From positions 62,001-126,000 of the IMG/VR virus record IMGVR_UViG_3300042391_000634: a stretch of 64,000 bases of DNA; one strand, given 5' to 3'. A program made the translations under genes and the position numbers. Positions 38,587 to 46,817 of this stretch are shown here, piece by piece. How positions within the stretch are numbered: the stretch's first letter is position 1; the number at the start of each line of letters is the position of its first letter. The notes under the pieces are model-generated. The model was not told the origin of the DNA. It saw only the letters and a list, made by a program, of their open reading frames with translations, and made no database searches.

Positions 38587-38835
38587 ATGACATTTAAACA
38601 ATGGGTTATTGAACTTTTCAAAGATGAAAGAGGTTCTATTTCAGTTAAACCAGTTATTGCATTTATAGGAGCATTATTCCTATGTGTTACTATGGTTTTA
38701 AATTCGTTCTCTCACGCGGATTTTGCTCCATCACCTGAATTGGTGAATGCGGTGATGTTAATCACGGGAATCGGAATGGGTGCAGATACTTTGGATAAAT
38801 TCTCTCACAAAAAGAAAGAAGAAACAGAAGGTTAA
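38587..38835 (+). CDS. Small two-TM protein, holin-like
   Basis: 82 aa, two TMs, charged C-terminus KKKEETEG. Function is inference. Confidence 0.5.
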   Translation: MTFKQWVIELFKDERGSISVKPVIAFIGALFLCVTMVLNSFSHADFAPSPELVNAVMLITGIGMGADTLDKFSHKKKEETEG

Positions 38836-38841
38836 TACGAA

Positions 38842-38866
38842 AGGGAGTTAAAAACTCCCTTTTTTT
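38842..38866 (+). terminator. Rho-independent terminator
   Basis: AGGGAGTT-aaa-AACTCCCT then TTTTTT, followed by TATTTATA at 38870. Confidence 0.85.
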
Positions 38867-38887
38867 ATGTATTTATATTAAAAGAAT

Positions 38888-39961
38888 ATGATAAAAGAAC
38901 AAATTCCTACAGGTTGGCAAGGTGGTTTTCCCTCTGAAAATCAAAATCAAATGCTATATCCTACTACAGATTTAACTTCATTACCTATGTTAGGTAATAT
39001 GGATAACATTAATTTACTACAAAGACAATGGGGTGTTAAATGGCCAATGTTTAGTTGGAATACCCTAAATGGGGAAAAAGACCCAAAACGTTGTTATGTA
39101 CAATTTGCTCCTTATATTTCAAGAATAGGATATACCAATGAAGGTAGAATTTATTCCATAATCTGTCCTCAACAAGGGATGTGGATTGGAGATGAGATTT
39201 GTATCAATGTGGAAGTAACAGTTACGGGACAAAGAGGATGGGTTAATGAAGACACAAAGGAAATTGCTGCGGATATGATGGTTGAGGGAAAAATTTGGTT
39301 AACACCAGGTGAAAATCAAGGTGGTCTATTAAGAGCAATTTGGCCATTATTAAAATACAGTTCTCGTAAGTATCCTATCAACAAAGAAAATGCTATTCGT
39401 GTTTTAACACATCTACCAGGAAATCCTAAAGAACCTATATTTCAACTCGGAAAGGGTTTATCACCAAGATTTAAGAATCCTGATTTTGCCATAAAGGAAG
39501 AAGCATATAGTACAGGACATATCAATGTAGAAATAGGAGGAATGGTAACAACAAGTGATCACAAATTAGATAAGTTTAATCAATACTTTTTAAATCTTTT
39601 TAACTTAGGTACGGGTAATATGTTACAAAAGGGTAATGTATTATCGTGGAATTTATTTTTTGATTCACCTGAATTAGTTTCAGTTCCTGAATGGCAAAAT
39701 CACGCTGACTATTGGCGTACTTCCATAGGTGCACATCACGGTTCACCAGGTGGTGAGGGAACAAGTCCAAGATATTTTGATGGAACCTATTTTGATACCA
39801 AAAATTTCGCCATTAAAGAGGTCATAAAAGATATTTTAGAACACGTTGTAAAAAACTCCACATTGAGAAAGGGTTTAATATTACTTGTAGAATATTGTCC
39901 TAAAACAATATTTGATATATTCTTAAAGAAAGGTGATCAATCTAAAACAAAAACACAATAA
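38888..39961 (+). CDS. Hypothetical protein, 357 aa
   Basis: Long ORF after a late motif; no recognised family. Confidence 0.8.
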   Translation: MIKEQIPTGWQGGFPSENQNQMLYPTTDLTSLPMLGNMDNINLLQRQWGVKWPMFSWNTLNGEKDPKRCYVQFAPYISRIGYTNEGRIYSIICPQQGMWIGDEICINVEVTVTGQRGWVNEDTKEIAADMMVEGKIWLTPGENQGGLLRAIWPLLKYSSRKYPINKENAIRVLTHLPGNPKEPIFQLGKGLSPRFKNPDFAIKEEAYSTGHINVEIGGMVTTSDHKLDKFNQYFLNLFNLGTGNMLQKGNVLSWNLFFDSPELVSVPEWQNHADYWRTSIGAHHGSPGGEGTSPRYFDGTYFDTKNFAIKEVIKDILEHVVKNSTLRKGLILLVEYCPKTIFDIFLKKGDQSKTKTQ

Positions 39962-39964
39962 ACT

Positions 39965-40201
39965 ATGGAAGAAGAATTAATTGGGTCAATTAAATTATTT
40001 GCAGGGGGCTACGCTCCTCAAGGATATGTAGAATGCAACGGACAATTATTAAACATAAGGGAAAATGAGGCGTTATATGTATTACTGCAAGATAGATACG
40101 GAGCAACACCAAATTTATTTGCAGTACCTAAAATGGAACCACCTATGGATGGTATGAAATACATAATAGCCACTCGTGGTATATGGCCAGCAAGACAGTA
40201 A
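39965..40201 (+). CDS. Stand-alone phage tail-collar domain protein
   Basis: IGSIKLFAGGYAPQGYVECNGQLL...ALYVLL...YG. Confidence 0.85.
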   Translation: MEEELIGSIKLFAGGYAPQGYVECNGQLLNIRENEALYVLLQDRYGATPNLFAVPKMEPPMDGMKYIIATRGIWPARQ

Positions 40202-40225
40202 TATTATAACAAAAACAAATACACA

Positions 40226-40969
40226 ATGACAAAAAACGAAATACTATACAATGTCGGTTTAACCGAGAAAGTATATTCAGAACAAAAAGACATTGATTTT
40301 AAAGCACAAAGATTAAAATTAATTAAATGGATTGACGATAAAAAAACAGATACACAAGGATTTGTTGCCACAAAGGATAAATCTATCTATATCGTTTGGA
40401 GAGGAAGTTCTTCTAAAAAGGATTTCCAAAACGACGCATCAATTGATAAAGTTCCATTTGTTCAAGATGGTGAAAAAGTTCACATTGGATTTAAATCATC
40501 TTGGGACGCTGTTAAAGACGAAACTTATAAATCATTTGAAAAAGCATTATCCACATTAGGTGGAGAAGGCGAAGTTGATAATATTATTGTTTGTGGACAC
40601 AGTTTGGGTGCTGCAGTTTCTACCTTGTGTGCGTATGAGATATATTCAATTTATAAATCAAATAAGATTATATGTTGTACTATCGGTAGTCCAAGAGTTG
40701 GTAATAAAGTATTCAAACAAAACTTTGATAAATCATCAATTGAATCATTGAGAATCGTTCATAATAACGACGTGGTAACACATTCTCCATATATTGGATA
40801 CTATCACGTCAATCAGATGTTACGTATCGATAGTGAGGGTAATATTAAGAAGTTCATGATTGATTGGGAACGTGCTTGGAATTATTTTAAATCTATGGTA
40901 ACGGGTAAGAACATTAAAGACCACATGACCGATGGATATATCAGTTCATTAAATAAATGGAATCCCTAA
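40226..40969 (+). CDS. Class 3 lipase (alpha/beta hydrolase)
   Basis: IYIVWRGS, VHIGF, CGHSLGAA nucleophile elbow, IGSPRVGN, NDVV, DH. Confidence 0.92.
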   Translation: MTKNEILYNVGLTEKVYSEQKDIDFKAQRLKLIKWIDDKKTDTQGFVATKDKSIYIVWRGSSSKKDFQNDASIDKVPFVQDGEKVHIGFKSSWDAVKDETYKSFEKALSTLGGEGEVDNIIVCGHSLGAAVSTLCAYEIYSIYKSNKIICCTIGSPRVGNKVFKQNFDKSSIESLRIVHNNDVVTHSPYIGYYHVNQMLRIDSEGNIKKFMIDWERAWNYFKSMVTGKNIKDHMTDGYISSLNKWNP

Positions 40970-40978
40970 AAAAAATAT

Positions 40979-41698
40979 ATGAAAAAATTATTAATATTAT
41001 TAAGCGTTTGTTTAGTAGGTCTTGTTGCAAATAGTCAAACAATAGGTTCAACAAAAACCGAACAATATAAAGCAGATTTTGAAAAGAAAAGAGACATAAG
41101 TGCGTACATGGACTACGATGGTCCTCAAATACCCATCCAAATACTAAAGGCGGGTATTTCTGATGAGATGTACGAGATGTATCCTGAATTAAAAGAAAAA
41201 CGTGTTGGTTTGGGTGTTGCTAACATTTCAATGGAATACCTTGAAAACTTAAACAGATTCAAATTTACCGAGGATAAGACAGAAATTAAGAATAGGATGG
41301 TAAAACAATTTCAAGCATCTGCGGCAGGTATTTCCGAGAATAAATTAGATGGACGTGGTAAAATCAATTTGGCGAAGTATTTTGTTACGATTGAGTGTTA
41401 TGACTACTCGGTGTCAGAAGATGAAACTATCAACCTAAAAGACGGTATTAAAGACAATATGGTGACTCGTATAGGTCTTCAGGTTAGATTTACTGACGCT
41501 GAGACAGGTGTCTTGTTTGGTGGGTCAGGTTTAGGTGAGGCAACAACAAAAAGAGAACTAACTCTTTTATCCGATGCAACAGTTGACCCAATTAAATTTA
41601 ATCAATCAACAATTAGTATTGCAACGAAGAAAGCTTTAGACATTGCATGCGCTAATATCCTTGATAGAATGATTAAAAAAGGTATATTCACGAAATAA
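40979..41698 (+). CDS. Secreted CsgG/HfaB-like protein
   Basis: Signal VANS-Q; GLGVANI...NRFKFTE...AKYFVTIECYDYS...IGLQVRFTDAETG follows the CsgG-family layout. Confidence 0.55.
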   Translation: MKKLLILLSVCLVGLVANSQTIGSTKTEQYKADFEKKRDISAYMDYDGPQIPIQILKAGISDEMYEMYPELKEKRVGLGVANISMEYLENLNRFKFTEDKTEIKNRMVKQFQASAAGISENKLDGRGKINLAKYFVTIECYDYSVSEDETINLKDGIKDNMVTRIGLQVRFTDAETGVLFGGSGLGEATTKRELTLLSDATVDPIKFNQSTISIATKKALDIACANILDRMIKKGIFTK

Positions 41699-41931
41699 TG
41701 AAATACGAAGTAGTGGACGTTCCACAAAATAATCCTTGCGAAAATTGTACACCATGTATGAGATTAAAATTAATGGAAATGGGGTTTATACATGGGCAAG
41801 AAATTGAAATAAGTGAAAAGAAACTTGGGCTTTATTTAGTAAATATTATATCCGATGGAGGACAGATAGATTCGACTGTAGCACTCAGACAAGAAGAATT
41901 AGATAGAATATGTTTAAAAGGGGTTTTATAA
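41698..41931 (+). CDS. FeoA (SH3-like) domain protein
   Basis: RLKLMEMGFIHGQEIEI...VALRQEE. Confidence 0.75.
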   Translation: MKYEVVDVPQNNPCENCTPCMRLKLMEMGFIHGQEIEISEKKLGLYLVNIISDGGQIDSTVALRQEELDRICLKGVL

Positions 41932-41941
41932 CCCCTTTTTT
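41916..41941 (+). terminator. Rho-independent terminator
   Basis: AAAAGGGGTT-ttat-AACCCCTTTTT, followed by TATTTATA at 41944. Confidence 0.8.
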
Positions 41942-41955
41942 AATATTTATATTAT

Positions 41956-42135
41956 ATGAAAAAGTTTAAGAGAGTTCACGACGATAAAGTTTTCTTTGGT
42001 GTGTGCAGTGGTTTAAGTCACCGTACCAATGTTGACCCATTAGTTTGGAGGTTGTTGTTCTTTTTTTTAATATTTTCACCAGTCCCAATAATAACCGGTT
42101 ATTTACTAACCACAATTTTAACTGAAACAGTATGA
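41956..42135 (+). CDS. PspC-domain membrane protein, 59 aa (not in the ORF track)
   Basis: MKKFKRVHDDKVFFGVCSGLSHRTNVDPLVWRLLFFFL... has the PspC GVC.GL...DP..R signature. Confidence 0.8.
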   Translation: MKKFKRVHDDKVFFGVCSGLSHRTNVDPLVWRLLFFFLIFSPVPIITGYLLTTILTETV

Positions 42136-42977
42136 AAAAGGTTTTATTAGTTACAGGATTAACAATATTGTTAATTTTAATCTGTGCAATAATGTTGAAG
42201 GCTCAAGTATCAACTTGGAGACAAACTGGTGGAAGTGTTCCGGCATCATCACAAACATCACAATCAACTCAAACAAGAGTTCAACCATCTATACCACAAC
42301 AACAAAATGTGAGTAGTTGGAGAAATAATCAACCGCAACAACCTAATCCAGACCCACGTGGTAGAGTACGTGTTCAAAATTGGAATAGAAATAATCAATT
42401 TGGTTACTATTGGGGTAATTGGGGATGGTATCAACCAATGCCTTACATTTGGTATGATGATTTTGGATGGAGACAAAGAAGTATAATTCATATCTATGAA
42501 AATGGAAAAAGAGATACAATCCCATCAAAACCTGTATTGTTTTCAGTTGGACTTGGTCATACTACTAATAAACAGGCAAATTGGTGGGGAATGATCGGTA
42601 GAGATAAATTATATTTTATTTTAGATTATGTAATGACTTATGATATTGACCATAACCAATACTATCCATATGGTAAAATTAATAATGTAGATTTTCCACT
42701 CGATCCAAATGATTTTATAAAAGAAGGAACATTATATTTTGGTATGGGTAAAAAAGTTAATGGATTTGGTATTCATACTATGATAGGATTTGGTAACGAA
42801 GTAATTAGATATCAAGGTAAAGATGACTTGGGAGGTATTTCATTTCCAAAATCAAAATCAAATTTTACAACATTTAAAATTGGATTAATAAAAGAATTTA
42901 AAATTATTACAATAAAATTAGATGCTGACCCAATAAGAGGATATACACAAATAGGAATAGGCTTGAATAACAAATAA
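42132..42977 (+). CDS. Secreted protein: low-complexity Q/N/P/W N-terminus plus probable OM beta-barrel
   Basis: Signal MLKA-Q; amphipathic strands ending YTQIGIGLNNK. Confidence 0.6.
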   Translation: MKKVLLVTGLTILLILICAIMLKAQVSTWRQTGGSVPASSQTSQSTQTRVQPSIPQQQNVSSWRNNQPQQPNPDPRGRVRVQNWNRNNQFGYYWGNWGWYQPMPYIWYDDFGWRQRSIIHIYENGKRDTIPSKPVLFSVGLGHTTNKQANWWGMIGRDKLYFILDYVMTYDIDHNQYYPYGKINNVDFPLDPNDFIKEGTLYFGMGKKVNGFGIHTMIGFGNEVIRYQGKDDLGGISFPKSKSNFTTFKIGLIKEFKIITIKLDADPIRGYTQIGIGLNNK

Positions 42978-44557
42978 TGAAGAAATATATTATCTCTCTC
43001 CTAATATTATTTTTTTGTGGTGAGTCGTTTGGTCAAACCATAACACAAACATATATCGATCCGTGTGATCAAAAGGTATATGTGGTTATTATTCCATTCG
43101 GACAAAATCAAACTATTGCAGTTATTAGAGGTAAATCTAAAATTGTAACATTATCGGATATCAGTAGTGGTGCATTTCAAACATGGGTCAATAGTGTATT
43201 TGCAACTCCATGTCCACAAAACGAAACAATTAGATTAGCACAAGAAGCCGCTGCGAGGGCGGCTGCGGATGCTGCGGCAAGGGCTGCTGCTGATGCTGCG
43301 GCAAAAGCTGCGGCGGATGCTGCCGCAAAGGCCGCGTCAGATGCTGCGGCAAAAGCTGCTGCGGATGCTGCAGCATCAAGTGCATCATCTGCGGCAAGTA
43401 ATTCGGCATCTACCGCAGCTTCATCGGCAGCAAGTTCAGCGGCAAGTTCTGCCGCGAGTGGTGCCGCTGGTGGAGCTGCAAGTTCTGCTGCGGCAAGTGC
43501 ATCAACACCACCACCAATAACAGCACCACCTCCACCTGCTGCGGCACCTCCACCAGCAAGTAGTTCATCATCACCACCTCCTGCAAGTGGTGGTAGTTCA
43601 TCATCGAGTAGTGGTGGAAGTTCTTCTTCATCGGAAACTAAAACAGAAACTAAAACTGAAGCAAAAACAGAAAGTAAAACTGAGGAAACTAAAACAGAAA
43701 GTAAAACAGAAGAAAAGAAAACAGAAAGTAAAACAGAAGAAAAGAAAGAAGAATCAAAAACTGAAGAAAAGAAAGAAGAATCAAAAAAGGAAGAAACTAA
43801 AAAAGAGGAGGAGAAGAAAGAAGAAAGTAAAAAAGAAGAAGAGAAAAAGAAAGAGGAAGAGAAAAAGAAAAAAGAGGAAGAAAAGAAAAAACAAGCAATA
43901 ACAAATCCATTACTTTTATCTTCTGATTTAACAACAGCACAAACGGTGGATAATAGATATTTGGTGCAAATTTCTATGGGTGTAAGTAAATCATCTATGG
44001 CTGGCGATGAAAGCTTTAGTGGGGGATTGACAATTAATAGTGATTTAAGTTCAATTGTAACAACTGGTGGATACACTAAAATGGCAATGACAGAAGATGG
44101 TAATTTAGATGCCATACATTCGTATGGAACCGCGTTCGCATATCTTGCAGGAAATTACATGAATTTATTAGGTTATACTTGGATTAAACCAACACCTAAA
44201 AAAGGAACATTTGGTTATAATGTTGGTGTTATTAATTTATTTCTTAAAAACGATAAGGGTGGTTTTGATTATAATATGGCATCGTCAGCAATTGCATTTT
44301 GGACTAAACCATATGTTTATTCTAAAAAACTAACAGTATCACCACAGGTGTTCACAATGTTCTCACCTATCTCTTGGAATAGTGTTACAGGAGTATCGAC
44401 GGTTAACAGACATATGGGATTTTTATTAGGTAGTTCTTTTGATTATAAATTAACCAAAAGATTTGGATTTAGTTTTAACTACAAAATGAGTGGTAACACA
44501 AAACCTGGTTCTCCGTTCTTAAGTAATTTCTTGATAGGTAGTAGAATGATGTTGTAA
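42977..44557 (+). CDS. Secreted protein: long Ala/Ser/Pro/Lys-Glu linker plus probable OM beta-barrel
   Basis: Signal ESFG-Q; (AAADAAAK)n, PPPA and (ESKTEEKK)n tracts; C-terminal alternating strands ending FLIGSRMML. Confidence 0.65.
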   Translation: MKKYIISLLILFFCGESFGQTITQTYIDPCDQKVYVVIIPFGQNQTIAVIRGKSKIVTLSDISSGAFQTWVNSVFATPCPQNETIRLAQEAAARAAADAAARAAADAAAKAAADAAAKAASDAAAKAAADAAASSASSAASNSASTAASSAASSAASSAASGAAGGAASSAAASASTPPPITAPPPPAAAPPPASSSSSPPPASGGSSSSSSGGSSSSSETKTETKTEAKTESKTEETKTESKTEEKKTESKTEEKKEESKTEEKKEESKKEETKKEEEKKEESKKEEEKKKEEEKKKKEEEKKKQAITNPLLLSSDLTTAQTVDNRYLVQISMGVSKSSMAGDESFSGGLTINSDLSSIVTTGGYTKMAMTEDGNLDAIHSYGTAFAYLAGNYMNLLGYTWIKPTPKKGTFGYNVGVINLFLKNDKGGFDYNMASSAIAFWTKPYVYSKKLTVSPQVFTMFSPISWNSVTGVSTVNRHMGFLLGSSFDYKLTKRFGFSFNYKMSGNTKPGSPFLSNFLIGSRMML

Positions 44558-44590
44558 AAAAAATCCCCGAAGTAGAAACCTCGAGGATGT

Positions 44591-44621
44591 GACAAAAAAT
44601 AAATGTATCTCTCTCCTGATA
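44591..44621 (+). repeat. Direct repeat copy 2
   Basis: GACAAAAAATAAATGTATCTCTCTCCTGATA; 28/31 identical to 30624-30654. Confidence 0.85.
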
Positions 44622-44645
44622 CTTTACTAATATATTAATTAGATT

Positions 44646-44981
44646 TCAAGAAGTCAATTCTTTATGTAAATTTAATACTTGACCACACATTTCATAATCT
44701 TCATTTTCTTCAAAAAAAGGTAATATATCTCTTTTTAAAACAATTGTTTCATTACGATGAAATTCAAATTCAGTGTTCCAATCTGCATTTTTAAATTTAG
44801 CGGAAATCTTTAAGACTAAAGATTTTTCTTTAGTGTTTTTAAACTCCTCAAAAATTTCAATTATTGATTTATAAATTTCTTCTTTATTTGGGCCATAAAA
44901 ATCTTTCCAATCTCTATACAAACCATTAATAATCAATTCTTTGTAAGGTTTTTTGTTTGATTTTTGAGCATTTTTTTCCAT
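44646..44981 (-). CDS. Hypothetical protein with a C-terminal UVR-like motif
   Basis: FFEENEDYEMCGQVLNL. Confidence 0.6.
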   Translation of the reverse strand: MEKNAQKSNKKPYKELIINGLYRDWKDFYGPNKEEIYKSIIEIFEEFKNTKEKSLVLKISAKFKNADWNTEFEFHRNETIVLKRDILPFFEENEDYEMCGQVLNLHKELTS

Positions 44982-45035
44982 TGGGTAAGTTTTAGTTTAG
45001 ATTATAAAGTTAGTAAATATTATTAATAAAAAAAA

Positions 45036-45515
45036 TTATTTTTTACTACGGTCCCATTTAGCCTTTCTTAACTCAGGGGATATTAAATGACTCTCATCTA
45101 TTGTATGTTCAATTTTAACGTTTATACAGGTTTGGGGTAAACTACAATTTTTTAAATAATTGTTAATATATCCCATCATATTAGCACTACCAATAGGGTT
45201 TGCCGAATGAATATAAACCTGGGGTAAAGGTATTTTTTCATTCATACTTTCAGCAACCAAATACCTACAACAATCCATACCAGTTTTTTCTTCTATGTTG
45301 TTATAATCCAACATATAATTATTTTTTACATTTGTATAATATTCTATCATGGCACCTTCACCTAAATCATGATCTAAAGATATTACATCAAAATTACCTA
45401 AACTATGTAATTTAATTGCAGCCACAAATTCATCGTAATTACGGGCAATAACCCAATCCTCAGCATTAGGGGTTCTAACGTCATCGAGATATAATCTCTT
45501 TTTTTCAATTTTCAT
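45036..45515 (-). CDS. Cyclic-phosphate-processing receiver-like domain protein
   Basis: LYLDDVRTP, SLDHDLG, TGMDC..YL and HSANPIG; adjacent to the RNA ligase. Confidence 0.75.
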   Translation of the reverse strand: MKIEKKRLYLDDVRTPNAEDWVIARNYDEFVAAIKLHSLGNFDVISLDHDLGEGAMIEYYTNVKNNYMLDYNNIEEKTGMDCCRYLVAESMNEKIPLPQVYIHSANPIGSANMMGYINNYLKNCSLPQTCINVKIEHTIDESHLISPELRKAKWDRSKK

Positions 45516-46575
45516 CTTTCTTAAAAGGTTTTTCGTATTTAGGTTTCATTATTCTCCATATAATATGTTCATATGGTTTTCCGTCCCACATGGCAAACAT
45601 AATTGGTCTATAATAAGATTCTACATCACATTTTTCTAAATGTAATGCAAAGTCTTTTTTTGATGGTGTAACTTCTTTATCGTTATATTTTCCATATTTA
45701 AAATAGTCCACAACCTTACCACAATGATTTGATATATTATACATACCATATTCAAAAGAACTTACTTGTTGTTTAACCCATTTATAAAATTCATCGGGAA
45801 CCCTATCTAAAAATTCATCCATAGGTTTTCCTTCTTTCATTAATTCCCAAATATCTTTTGATGAAAAATTTGTTAAAATTTTGTGAAGACGTTTATATTC
45901 TTCTCCTTTGATTTTCATACGAAAACCATTCTTAAATTTAATTACATATCCCTCTCTATCTTTACTAATTTCTTCTTTAAGTAAGTCGTATCCTTCACCC
46001 CATGTTTTATATGTTGTTACAACCTCAAAGCCCGAGTCTTGTGTCCAAAATAAACTACTATCAGGTATTTCTTCACCTGTTTCAGTATGAATCGCACCAA
46101 GAACAACTAATTTTTCTTCACCTTTATAATCAACAACAATTCTATTTTCAGGATAAATAATTTCAAATAAATATGTATTGTCTTTTCTCCATGCACTGAT
46201 GTCATGTCTATCAAGAATTTCTTTTCCTTTAATTGATTGTGGTGATGTGAAGGATCCGCGTGTAGCCATTATCCATTCATTTTCATAATTAAAAAGAATA
46301 CCTAAAGATCCATCCATCTTTTCATAGACAACGTAATTTTCATTAGGAATATCTTCTGGTTTATGTTCTTCGTAATTAAAAAATTTCTTAAATGGTCTTG
46401 CAACAATATCACCTTTTGAATTGGTAACTAATCCACGGCATTGTAAAGTAATATCATCCCACAATCTTTCGTATTGAACTTTAGGAGAATAATTCCATAT
46501 AGTCAAATCTTTAGTAGGATGTGTTTGTTTATGTAACAAACCATCATTATGATATTTCTCTAAAATTTCTAACAT
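45505..46575 (-). CDS. T4 Rnl1-type RNA ligase
   Basis: YEKMDGSLG (motif I), FEII (III), EGYVIKF (IV), KIK (V). Start at MLEIL, coupled to the upstream stop. Confidence 0.9.
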   Translation of the reverse strand: MLEILEKYHNDGLLHKQTHPTKDLTIWNYSPKVQYERLWDDITLQCRGLVTNSKGDIVARPFKKFFNYEEHKPEDIPNENYVVYEKMDGSLGILFNYENEWIMATRGSFTSPQSIKGKEILDRHDISAWRKDNTYLFEIIYPENRIVVDYKGEEKLVVLGAIHTETGEEIPDSSLFWTQDSGFEVVTTYKTWGEGYDLLKEEISKDREGYVIKFKNGFRMKIKGEEYKRLHKILTNFSSKDIWELMKEGKPMDEFLDRVPDEFYKWVKQQVSSFEYGMYNISNHCGKVVDYFKYGKYNDKEVTPSKKDFALHLEKCDVESYYRPIMFAMWDGKPYEHIIWRIMKPKYEKPFKKDEN

Positions 46576-46817
46576 TAGTTTATTATTTTGTGGAATCCGA
46601 TGTTGTATGTATATTTTAACCAATTAAAGGACAAATATATCCCACATATTTTGTTTTTCCAAATTGATACATGAGAATCTGGTTGACATGTTTCAAAATA
46701 AAAATAAACAAAAGGTAATGGATATAATGACCATTGGTTTCTAAGTAAGTTAGCGTGAAATTTCATCTTTGGTTTTGGATTTATGGACTCAATAAAAGAA
46801 ACAATAAATTGACTCAT
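46575..46817 (-). CDS. Hypothetical protein
   Basis: 80-aa aromatic-rich ORF filling the gap between kinase and ligase with abutting ends. Confidence 0.6.
   Translation of the reverse strand: MSQFIVSFIESINPKPKMKFHANLLRNQWSLYPLPFVYFYFETCQPDSHVSIWKNKICGIYLSFNWLKYTYNIGFHKIIN

Noticed and set aside
43177-44115. 312-aa minus-strand ORF and the plus-frame ORFs 43269 and 43587
   Set aside because: Shadows of the low-complexity repeat region of 42977..44557, whose codons lack stops in other frames.
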